IMG/VR virus record: IMGVR_UViG_3300044949_002468
Coordinates: 2,250-66,249 of that record
DNA from: a virus
DNA: 64,000 nucleotides
Strand: one strand, 5' to 3'
Part shown: positions 56,624 to 64,000 of the stretch, one piece after another
How the letters are laid out: every line of letters begins with the position of its first letter
How positions within the stretch are numbered: position 1 is the first letter of the stretch
Program-made: the position numbers and the translations under genes
The notes under the pieces: model-generated
Databases searched by the model: none
What the model was told of the DNA's origin: nothing
What the model saw: only the letters and a program-made list of their open reading frames with translations

Positions 56624-58325
56624 CAGATTGTTGCGGACGGCTTTCCGGCACCAGCGCCTCCGCCTTGGCGCGCGGCACCCCGTAAACGTAGACCAGACTT
56701 TGGATCGCGCTCTCGCGCTCCAGCTTGCCCTCGGCATGGGCCGTGAGCACATCAATCAACTGTGCAGCGGTCTTTTCGCCCACCTTGCCGACCAAGCCCT
56801 TAACCGGAGGCGGCGGCATTTCCGGCGGCATATTGATCGCCGCCAACATCTGGGTCGCGTTCTGCATGGACGGCACGATCAGTTCGATCGGCACCACGGA
56901 TTCCGCCGCGACTTCCTGCAACTGCTTGACCTCGCGGGCCAGCGTGCGCGCCACTTCCAGATTGCTCGATCCGTCGATCTCCTCGATCACCTTGCCGCGC
57001 GGGATAATGCCGTTCTGCAACAAAAGCATCTGCTCCTGCACATAGTTGCCGGTATCGCCGGTCAGGCGCGCCCCGAAATTCCAACTGCCCGATTTCCACA
57101 GCGGATGCGGCGTGATCTTGCCCATGGCAATGGCCCGCTCCAGCACCAGATCGCGGACTTTGTTCAAAACCTTGTCCACGAGCAACTGCTGGTATTGCTG
57201 GATCGTCCGCATCGCCTGCATCACCTCGATCCGCGCCGTCACACCGCCCAAAAGCGCCATGTTGTAGACAAAGCCGAACGGCAAATTCAGCCCCAAGGCC
57301 ATCTCGCGGATCAGGATCTCGACAAACTGCATCAGATTCCCGGACGGACGGCCCGTGCTGCCGGGGAAGGTGATTTCCTCACCCTCTTGAAGCCTTTTGA
57401 TCATGCCTGCCTGCACCTCGAAAGCATTCGGCCCGCCCGCGCCCGTGCCGCTCTTGGTCATCCAATCCAACCCGCTGCCGGTCGGGGCGCTGTCCTTGCG
57501 GCGGATGAATCCGGCAAAGGCGGCAGCAAATTTCATCGCCAATTTTTCAAAGCCAAACAGTTCATGGATGTCCCGCGCATGGGGCAAAAGCGGCGACAGC
57601 CAGCTATCCCCGTGGTATTGGTCCGCCCGCGTCGGACGGAACAAATGCAGGAACAGTTCCGGCGGCACGATCCCCGCACCCAGCCCCATGTCGAAAGTCT
57701 CCTTGGTGTATTGCGCCATCCGCGAACGGCGGTAAATCTCGTAGCCGGTCACGCGGCCCACTTGGTCGATATGGATGCCGTTGATGCAATACTCGTCGGC
57801 CTTCACTGTATCCGGCCCGCCGATCCGGTCGGCCTCGATCGGTTGCAGGCGGATCTCGTCGCCATCCGGCACGATGATCCACCCGTATTCCCCATCCCGC
57901 GCCGTGGCTCGGAACCCCAACTGCACCAACTCGGCCAGCCGGTAACGCCCCGTCACATCCGCCCGCCCGCACCAATCATGGAAATAGTCCTGGTATTCTT
58001 GGTCGATGTCCGAATCTCCCGTCCTCGACTGATATGTAATCGCCCCGCAAGTGTATTGGGTCAGCTTTTCCAGCACCCCGCGGATGAAGCAAAACTTCTC
58101 CTCCATGTCCCGCGCTTCCCAGATGCGGTTGATCCGCTGACGCTGCTTGCGCTGGGTTTCGGGCGAACCCTGCCGCGTCTTGCCGCCGCTATTCCCGCGC
58201 TGCTCGCGGTTCCAATCCCCCCGCTCGAACTCCTGCAGCCAGTGTTTTGACACCAGCCGCCGCAACCCCGCTTCGGGGGCGACAGCGGCAATCGCCTTGT
58301 CCAGAAATGTGATCTTTTGCTCCAT
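56574..58325 (-). CDS. Portal protein (lambda family)
   Basis: DKAIAAVAP..G.RR, RDGE, LQPIEADRI, GI.ID..GR..GY, HLFRP.R.DQ.HG. Confidence 0.92.
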   Translation of the reverse strand: MEQKITFLDKAIAAVAPEAGLRRLVSKHWLQEFERGDWNREQRGNSGGKTRQGSPETQRKQRQRINRIWEARDMEEKFCFIRGVLEKLTQYTCGAITYQSRTGDSDIDQEYQDYFHDWCGRADVTGRYRLAELVQLGFRATARDGEYGWIIVPDGDEIRLQPIEADRIGGPDTVKADEYCINGIHIDQVGRVTGYEIYRRSRMAQYTKETFDMGLGAGIVPPELFLHLFRPTRADQYHGDSWLSPLLPHARDIHELFGFEKLAMKFAAAFAGFIRRKDSAPTGSGLDWMTKSGTGAGGPNAFEVQAGMIKRLQEGEEITFPGSTGRPSGNLMQFVEILIREMALGLNLPFGFVYNMALLGGVTARIEVMQAMRTIQQYQQLLVDKVLNKVRDLVLERAIAMGKITPHPLWKSGSWNFGARLTGDTGNYVQEQMLLLQNGIIPRGKVIEEIDGSSNLEVARTLAREVKQLQEVAAESVVPIELIVPSMQNATQMLAAINMPPEMPPPPVKGLVGKVGEKTAAQLIDVLTAHAEGKLERESAIQSLVYVYGVPRAKAEALVPESRPQQSDASRNPDNGSGSGGDA

Positions 58326-58328
58326 GAA

Positions 58329-58574
58329 TCAGAAGGTGATCCGCGAGAAATCCGCCACCGCCGTGTAGTCTTCCGTGCTCGCATTGCGCGTCCGCAGCAC
58401 CCGATTCGCCGCCTGCAGCCGGTCCCGCACCTCCCGCAAATCCTTCGTGTAGCTCTTGCTCCCGATCTGTTGCGACGAAAGCGGAGTCGCCAGCTTCTTC
58501 AGTTGCTCGATCTCAGCCGCCAGTTCCGCACCGGAGTAAGTCGCATAGATTTCCACCCAGTCGCTCGCCGCCAT
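58329..58574 (-). CDS. gpW-like head completion protein
   Basis: SQQIGSKSYT; directly before the portal gene. Confidence 0.65.
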   Translation of the reverse strand: MAASDWVEIYATYSGAELAAEIEQLKKLATPLSSQQIGSKSYTKDLREVRDRLQAANRVLRTRNASTEDYTAVADFSRITF

Positions 58575-58589
58575 GCCCCTCCTTGTCTG

Positions 58590-58889
58590 TCAATTCGGAC
58601 AATCTGACCGAAAAACCTGCCACATCCAGAATGCCTGTCTGAAAGATGCAGGAAGCTCTTGAATTTCTGCTCCCTGCTTTACGAATTTCTTAACGATGGC
58701 GGCGAACGATCGCACGCTCGTGCGCTCCCATGTCCACTTGGTATTGTCCCATACATAGATATCAATCACGCAAATGCGGCGGTCCAGATGGTCTACGGTG
58801 CTCGTAGCCCGCTCGTGTAAAAGATACCTTTTGTCGCCGACTACCGCAGCGCAGCAACGCGGACTTGCACCTTCGATGGCGTATCTCAT
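58590..58889 (-). CDS. Hypothetical protein
   Basis: Coupled ORF with lower GC. Confidence 0.55.
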   Translation of the reverse strand: MRYAIEGASPRCCAAVVGDKRYLLHERATSTVDHLDRRICVIDIYVWDNTKWTWERTSVRSFAAIVKKFVKQGAEIQELPASFRQAFWMWQVFRSDCPN

Positions 58890-59533
58890 TTGTGGGTCAT
58901 CTCCACCGCCCCCTTACACCACTCCGATTTCCCGTGAAAGGCAAAGCTCTGCTCATGCCGCCAATCCGGAAATTCCGGCACCTCGTTCTCGTAGCTGAAC
59001 CGGATCGCCGTGCCGATGTCGGCAATCCGCATCCCCTCCCGATCCAGCACTTCCCGCAGCCGCGAATTGCGCGTAAACCACACATCGCTCGGCTCCCCAT
59101 TGTAGAAATGCCGGTTCTCCCACAAGAGGCGGCGGAACCTCCGGCTCTGCAAGGAACAACCGCCGTTACCCACCCGATCCCCGCCTTCCGGCACCAATCT
59201 CGGAGGCCACGGCGCCCCGATATAGTCGTAGTCCAGAAACCCCGGCTCCCATCGGTCGAAATGCACCGGAAACCCATCCGTCTCGATGTGCAGCATGTGC
59301 GGCGTGTGAAAATACTTGTGCAACTCGTAAGCCTGCCACCGCTGCCCCTCCTGCCAATCGCACCTCGGCACATACACCTGACGCCCCACCGGCACACTCG
59401 GCTTGTCGGCGGAGAGATGCACACAATCCCCGAACCGAATCCGCTCGCAGAGCCAGTTCACAATCCGCCCCGACAAATCCGCGTCATGCGCCGGATTGAA
59501 GATCAGCAACGTGACTGTCGGTAGCTCAAGCAC
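58886..59533 (-). CDS. DUF5672 (glycosyltransferase-like) protein
   Basis: TDGF..W...FLDYDYIGAPW..VGNGGCSL.S; FAFHG. Confidence 0.85.
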   Translation of the reverse strand: MLELPTVTLLIFNPAHDADLSGRIVNWLCERIRFGDCVHLSADKPSVPVGRQVYVPRCDWQEGQRWQAYELHKYFHTPHMLHIETDGFPVHFDRWEPGFLDYDYIGAPWPPRLVPEGGDRVGNGGCSLQSRRFRRLLWENRHFYNGEPSDVWFTRNSRLREVLDREGMRIADIGTAIRFSYENEVPEFPDWRHEQSFAFHGKSEWCKGAVEMTHK

Positions 59534-59708
59534 GTTTGAGATTTTCGACGGCGGCACGGAATTCCTTCAGCAAGGCGTCAAGACGTTCGAGAGCACCGCT
59601 TTCTGTGGAGGAGATTTGCAGCGGCCATTCCGCGTTTTCTCCCGTGTTGGTCCGAATATAGTCGTGCAGCTTGATGCCCGCCGCGATGGCTTGGTCTTTG
59701 GCTGTCAT
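59526..59708 (-). CDS. Hypothetical protein
   Basis: Coupled ORF. Confidence 0.55.
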   Translation of the reverse strand: MTAKDQAIAAGIKLHDYIRTNTGENAEWPLQISSTESGALERLDALLKEFRAAVENLKRA

Positions 59709-60271
59709 CTTACAAACACCTCGTCTTGCCCGTCCGTCTCCACCATGCGGTAGCCCTGCACACCCATCCACCGCCGGATCTCATCCCCATACGGATTGCG
59801 GTAATGCTGCCACCCCATCTCCACACAGATCAGCCACGGACGGCTCACCAGCCCCTTGATCACGTGCCACTCGGAACCCTCTGTGTCGATGGCCATCAAT
59901 TCGATGTCGCCCCGATCATAGTAATCCACGGTGCGACAAATCACCGTGACCCGATTGCTCGGTTCATTGCCCACGCTCGCGCGCGGACTCGCCACTCCGT
60001 CCAGATACGAGCTGCAGCCGTCATCCCGCAGCAAACGCGGCCCGCGCTGGTCGCTCAAGGCCACCTCATGCACCGTTACCTTGCCGCCGGTCCCGAAAAA
60101 CTGCCGCAACTCCTCGGCATAATACGGATGCGGCTCGAATAGCTCCACCCGCTCGGCATCCCCGATCAAGGGCGCCACATGCACCTGATTCGGATGGTTC
60201 GCCCCCACCTCCCAGACCACCTTGGGCCTCGGCAACTTGTGTTCTTCCAATACTCGTGCCAGTTCGATCAT
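59705..60271 (-). CDS. FkbM-family methyltransferase
   Basis: EVGAN, FEP.P, VALSD, IDTEGSE. Confidence 0.85.
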   Translation of the reverse strand: MIELARVLEEHKLPRPKVVWEVGANHPNQVHVAPLIGDAERVELFEPHPYYAEELRQFFGTGGKVTVHEVALSDQRGPRLLRDDGCSSYLDGVASPRASVGNEPSNRVTVICRTVDYYDRGDIELMAIDTEGSEWHVIKGLVSRPWLICVEMGWQHYRNPYGDEIRRWMGVQGYRMVETDGQDEVFVR

Positions 60272-60540
60272 ACCCTTTTGAAATCATGCCCCCGCGCCAC
60301 GGCCATGTTCGCCATGGCATAATCGTAAGCCTCCCTTGTGCCCCACGCCGTCGCCCACAAGACAAGGCACGGCGCCAACAAATACCCATTGCCCTTCACC
60401 CGATGCTCCCGCAACGGCTCCAACTCCATCCGGTTCTCCGCCCACACTCGCATCCCGGTGCGGCGCTTGCGCGGCGCAGCCTCGATTTTTCGCACCGACT
60501 TCCACCCGAATCGCTTCGGCCTGTTGAGAAAACTTTTCAT
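60268..60540 (-). CDS. Hypothetical protein
   Basis: Coupled ORF. Confidence 0.55.
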   Translation of the reverse strand: MKSFLNRPKRFGWKSVRKIEAAPRKRRTGMRVWAENRMELEPLREHRVKGNGYLLAPCLVLWATAWGTREAYDYAMANMAVARGHDFKRV

Positions 60541-60818
60541 TTCCATTCTCCCCTTGCTGCGTCCCATGCACTTTTGGCGTGTTTTTTCAAATCTTTGATG
60601 AACCGCACGGCATTCCGATATTTGGCTTTTTTGGTCGCCGCGTAGCTATCTTCCATCATCGTTATCGCATCATCAGCCAGCAGCCAGCGGGTCTTGCGTT
60701 TGTCGAACGTGTAGATAGCGAAGCCCATCAGTCCGGCCCAAAAGTTGCTGAGTCCCTTGGCTTCGACATACACTATCCCCTCATTGGCGATGAACTTGAG
60801 AGGCTTCGGCTTTTTCAT
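60537..60818 (-). CDS. Hypothetical protein
   Basis: Coupled ORF. Confidence 0.6.
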   Translation of the reverse strand: MKKPKPLKFIANEGIVYVEAKGLSNFWAGLMGFAIYTFDKRKTRWLLADDAITMMEDSYAATKKAKYRNAVRFIKDLKKHAKSAWDAARGEWK

Positions 60819-61150
60819 CGCGCTCCTCCGGCGCCCAGCGGCGGATCGAAAGTGAAGTCCATAGTAGCCGAACCCAGAGGCAACAAATGATCACGGCGGT
60901 CCATTTTGCACAGCCACTCCGTCACCTGCGTCATTGCTTCTATTGCATCGCGACCTCTGAACTCTTCACTGCAGCCTCGATTATCTTTGTATTCGATCGT
61001 TGTCATTTCAATGCCCCCTTTGTCATCTTGGTAAAACACCAGCCACTCTCCACGCGGTAGATTCGCAGATGCCGGCACCGCTTTCCTCGGTGCCGCCGCA
61101 GATACCCCCGCACCCGAATCGCCTCGGCCAAGGTCGGATACACGTTCTTC

Positions 61151-61513
61151 TCATGTTTGGCCTGACTCATCGTTTACCGCCTCCACCGCCGCACGCGCCT
61201 TGGCGATCATCTCCAAGGACGCCAGCCCCTTCTCCATGTCGCACCATTCGCTCGGCTTCATCAGCCCGCTGGATAGCGCGATCTTCCGTGCCGGAATCTC
61301 CTTGGCCCGCCGCAATCGCGCCACCTCGCGAGCCGCCAAGACCCGCTGCGCTTCCTCCCCGAAAACACTCCCCTTCGTCTTGCACCTCGGACAATCCTTC
61401 TCCGGTCGCACATAGACGCCGCTATCATCATTCTCCCCATCCCAAAATCCCCACGAGGCATGAATCACGCCCATGCCATCGCATTCCGGACACGTTGCTT
61501 GCAGCGCACTCAT
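61151..61513 (-). CDS. DnaJ-type Zn finger plus HTH protein
   Basis: CPECDGMG, CPRCKTKG; C-terminal Xre-like helix pattern. Confidence 0.65.
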   Translation of the reverse strand: MSALQATCPECDGMGVIHASWGFWDGENDDSGVYVRPEKDCPRCKTKGSVFGEEAQRVLAAREVARLRRAKEIPARKIALSSGLMKPSEWCDMEKGLASLEMIAKARAAVEAVNDESGQT

Positions 61514-62559
61514 GAGATCAGCTTCAACACCTCCCGCACCACCCGCGCCGGTTCCAAAGTTCCCAGCGCCTCGCACTTGCCGGTGATCGAACACGGCCCA
61601 TCCGGCGGATACGCACCGCCGCGCCCGTGCCAGTAGCACGGCGCACAACTCAATGCCCCCTGCAACGCACGGACGGTCGGCGCATACGCCGTGCGCGCCT
61701 GCCACGGAAACGATCCGTAAAGAGCCACGGTCGGCAGCCGGAGCGCCCCCGCCAGATGCGTGATCGCGCTATCCGGCGCCAGCACCACATCGCAGCACTC
61801 CAAGACCGCCGCCGATTGCCCGAACGTCTGCGCCACCTGCGCCACATTCAAAATGCTCGGATGGTTCGCTTCCAACTGGACGGTGCCCGGCGCGCCGAAC
61901 AGCGCCAATTCCGCTGCCGGTAGCTCCTGCAGCAACCCCCGAATCACCTCCACCATCAATTCCTTCGGATACGTCCGCGCCGGACTCGACGCCATCAACT
62001 GGATCCCGATCCGGTAAAGCTGCTCCTTGGGAAAATGCACCTTGGCCCACGCCCGATCCTCATCCCGCACGGCAAAGCTCAATTCCTTGCCCTCGGTCAG
62101 TTCCACCCCCGCCGACTCGGCAAACAAATCCACCGCATGACGCTCTGGCTCCTCGGCAAACTCGATCACTCCCTCCAGCCACATCTCGCGGTCATAAGGC
62201 AGCACCTCGGTCAGCTTCATCGGATACTCCCGCCACTCGACCGGAACCCCCGACAACGCCTCGCGGTATTTCGAGTGACAGCACACTGTCACCTCCTTGC
62301 CCGCCGCTACCAACGTCCGCAAAAGCGGGGTCATAAACAACAGATCCCCGAATCCGCCACTCCGCGTCAGTAGCACCGTCTTGAAATCTGAACTTTCAAA
62401 TCTTAAATCCCGATCCCGCACCTCGGTCGCCAGCCCCATCATGAGCAAATGCCCCAAGGTCGGATCTTCCACCACATACGCCCTGCCTGCCTCGAACCGC
62501 AGCCCATGGCCCTCGTAATCCTGCCTCACGCTCACCACTCGTCCGCTTATTTTTGCCAT
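61510..62559 (-). CDS. Glycosyltransferase family 9 (heptosyltransferase-like)
   Basis: RSGGFGDLLFMTP; PDSAITHLAGAL.LPTVALYG; C.PC. Confidence 0.9.
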   Translation of the reverse strand: MAKISGRVVSVRQDYEGHGLRFEAGRAYVVEDPTLGHLLMMGLATEVRDRDLRFESSDFKTVLLTRSGGFGDLLFMTPLLRTLVAAGKEVTVCCHSKYREALSGVPVEWREYPMKLTEVLPYDREMWLEGVIEFAEEPERHAVDLFAESAGVELTEGKELSFAVRDEDRAWAKVHFPKEQLYRIGIQLMASSPARTYPKELMVEVIRGLLQELPAAELALFGAPGTVQLEANHPSILNVAQVAQTFGQSAAVLECCDVVLAPDSAITHLAGALRLPTVALYGSFPWQARTAYAPTVRALQGALSCAPCYWHGRGGAYPPDGPCSITGKCEALGTLEPARVVREVLKLIS

Positions 62560-62735
62560 ACTTGAATCTCCCCTTGCTCGTTTTCCGAATATCCAAGAAA
62601 CCGCCCAGCGCGGTCGGCATCCAGAACCACACCGCGTAGCATCTCCGCATCCGCCTCGCTATACGGACCCGACAACTGCACAAATCCCTTGCTCCGCAAG
62701 GACCGCTCATCCGACACCCGCAGATGCTTCCACAT
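62547..62735 (-). CDS. Hypothetical protein
   Basis: ORF in operon. Confidence 0.5.
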   Translation of the reverse strand: MWKHLRVSDERSLRSKGFVQLSGPYSEADAEMLRGVVLDADRAGRFLGYSENEQGEIQVWQK

Positions 62736-62868
62736 ATACTGTGCAGACGGCAGCGGAAGATCCCTCACGATCCGCACCCCCTGATCGCCAGCACGATCAC
62801 CGCCCAAAAGGCCGCCGCCCATGCCAAGGCCATCACCATGATCAACCGCTGCCGCCATGCCTCCCAGT

Positions 62869-63123
62869 TCACTTTCCTCGTTCCTCCTTCGCCGCCTCCA
62901 TCAAGGTCGCCAGATGCAATGCCCCCTCGACCAATTCAGAAAGCGTTGTCTCGGCACTCTCCCGCACCAGCAGCCCGGTCAATGCCGCCGCGGCATACGT
63001 GTCAAAAGCCGTGGCCCGCTTTGTCCGCCGCCGCTGACTCCACCAATGCGGACGGTAATCCGGCAGCGGAGGGGTCGGTTCGAGCTTCTTTTTCGTTTTG
63101 GTTGTTTTTCTTGTGGTCATCAT
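62869..63123 (-). CDS. Hypothetical protein (FDTYAAAALTGLL motif)
   Basis: Motif common in small phage proteins. Confidence 0.6.
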   Translation of the reverse strand: MMTTRKTTKTKKKLEPTPPLPDYRPHWWSQRRRTKRATAFDTYAAAALTGLLVRESAETTLSELVEGALHLATLMEAAKEERGK

Positions 63124-63131
63124 TCTGTCCG

Positions 63132-63403
63132 TGGATGCACTGGGGTAGACTTCTAATTGACGCCGCACGCCTCGATCTTCGGCACCACCATGACGGAGAA
63201 GCACACCCGCCCAGACTCCCGCACGCCGTCAGCGACCAAGCCCTGCTCGTCCGTGCTCACAGAGATCGTCACCACTTCGGGCACGCTCAAGACCGCCACC
63301 GCCGATTCCGTTTGCTCCACCGCAGCCAACACCTCCCGCAGCAAGCCCTGTATGTAATTGTGCACCGTCATCTCCCTTCCCTTGGATGCACTTGGGTAGA
63401 CTT
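63132..63403. promoter_or_regulatory. Pair of 21-bp direct repeats (63132-63152 and 63383-63403), candidate operators
   Basis: TGGATGCACT(G/T)GGGTAGACTT; each lies about 10 nt upstream of a leftward start codon. Confidence 0.55.
63153..63371 (-). CDS. Hypothetical protein
   Basis: Purine-rich RBS; first gene of the leftward unit. Confidence 0.55.
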   Translation of the reverse strand: MTVHNYIQGLLREVLAAVEQTESAVAVLSVPEVVTISVSTDEQGLVADGVRESGRVCFSVMVVPKIEACGVN

Positions 63404-63446
63404 TTCCGCGCCTTGACTTGTCGCGCATCCGCGCTACGTTTCCGGT

Positions 63447-63662
63447 ATGCGAAAGACCACCCCACGGACGGATGCCCTCATGCGCCGGTTGGAGCGAGTC
63501 CTCAAAAAAGAGCACGGCCTCCACGCCGCACTTGCCGCCGAACTCCATCCCCGCAATCCCCGCGACGGCGCCACCCGCCTTTCCGAATGGCTCCACCGCC
63601 GCCGGAACCCGAACGGCGAGACTGTCCTGGCCCTTCTCGAATGGTTGGACGGGCGGAAATAA
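63447..63662 (+). CDS. Xre/Cro-like HTH regulator
   Basis: ALAAEL..RLSEWL..RRNPNGETVLALLEWL; divergent orientation. Confidence 0.7.
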   Translation: MRKTTPRTDALMRRLERVLKKEHGLHAALAAELHPRNPRDGATRLSEWLHRRRNPNGETVLALLEWLDGRK

Positions 63663-63709
63663 TTTCGGATGGACGGCGTTTTTTTAGTTATTCCTAACTA
63701 ACTTTCCGC

Positions 63710-64000
63710 GCGCGCGCGGTTGCTGTGATGCGCGAAAACCCTAGAGGGTGAGCATCAGAGAACCGCGAGAAGCGCGCTTACATAAGCGCGCGCGGTTTGC
63801 TGTGATGCGCGAAAACCCTAGAGGGTGAGCATCAGAGAACCGCGAGAAGCGCGCTTACATAAGCGCGCGCGGTTTGCTGTGATGCGCGAAAACCCTAGAG
63901 GGTGAGCATCAGAGAACCGCGAGAAGCGCGCTTACATAAGCGCGCGCGGTTTGCTGTGATGCGCGAAAACCCTAGAGGGTGAGCATCAGAGAACCGCGAG
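63710..64000. repeat. 77-bp tandem repeat, about 3.8 copies, running off the window
   Basis: TGCTGTGATG recurs at 63721, 63798, 63875 and 63952. Confidence 0.95.

Noticed and set aside
53745-58250. Long + strand ORFs (892 aa and 587 aa)
   Set aside because: Antisense shadows of the polyprotein and portal genes in GC-rich DNA, with no motifs.
63710-64000. CRISPR array or hammerhead ribozyme array
   Set aside because: Units are identical with no variable spacers and no cas genes are present. The CUGAUGA...GAAA core is not intact on either strand.

Overview
This window is most of a GC-rich temperate tailed phage genome, probably a siphovirus because no sheath gene is seen. The host is probably a Verrucomicrobia/PVC bacterium, which is an inference. 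It appears to be in free or circular form, since both an intact attP-like site (about 24.9 kb) and a lambda-like cos (about 19.0 kb) lie inside the window. Layout: (i) 0.4-16.3 kb is a + strand early region of many small, translationally coupled genes, including RadC/JAB, a DUF1257/DUF2997/Ycf46-like AAA module, a LuxR HTH, a histone-fold protein, a minimal ATP-dependent ligase and a beta-clamp-like protein. (ii) 16.5-24.5 kb on the - strand holds terminase, cos, SF3 helicase, CHC2-TOPRIM primase and regulators. (iii) 24.8-26.8 kb holds attP, a tyrosine integrase, a Xis-like gene and a divergent RHH pair. (iv) 26.8-63.4 kb on the - strand holds lysis, tail, head and glycosylation genes. (v) A 77-bp structured tandem repeat runs off the right edge. 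Two observations stand out. First, basic modular 'polyproteins' between portal and prohead protease have modules separated by a recurring F/L/M-S..(hydrophobic)-E-F/L linker that also occurs in the scaffold and in a displaced antisense gene, suggesting a protease-processed, capsid-loaded, shufflable cargo system. Second, a TTGAC(A/T/G)-N13-16-start codon motif precedes at least 13 late genes. All family assignments come from motif recognition by eye, not from database searches.
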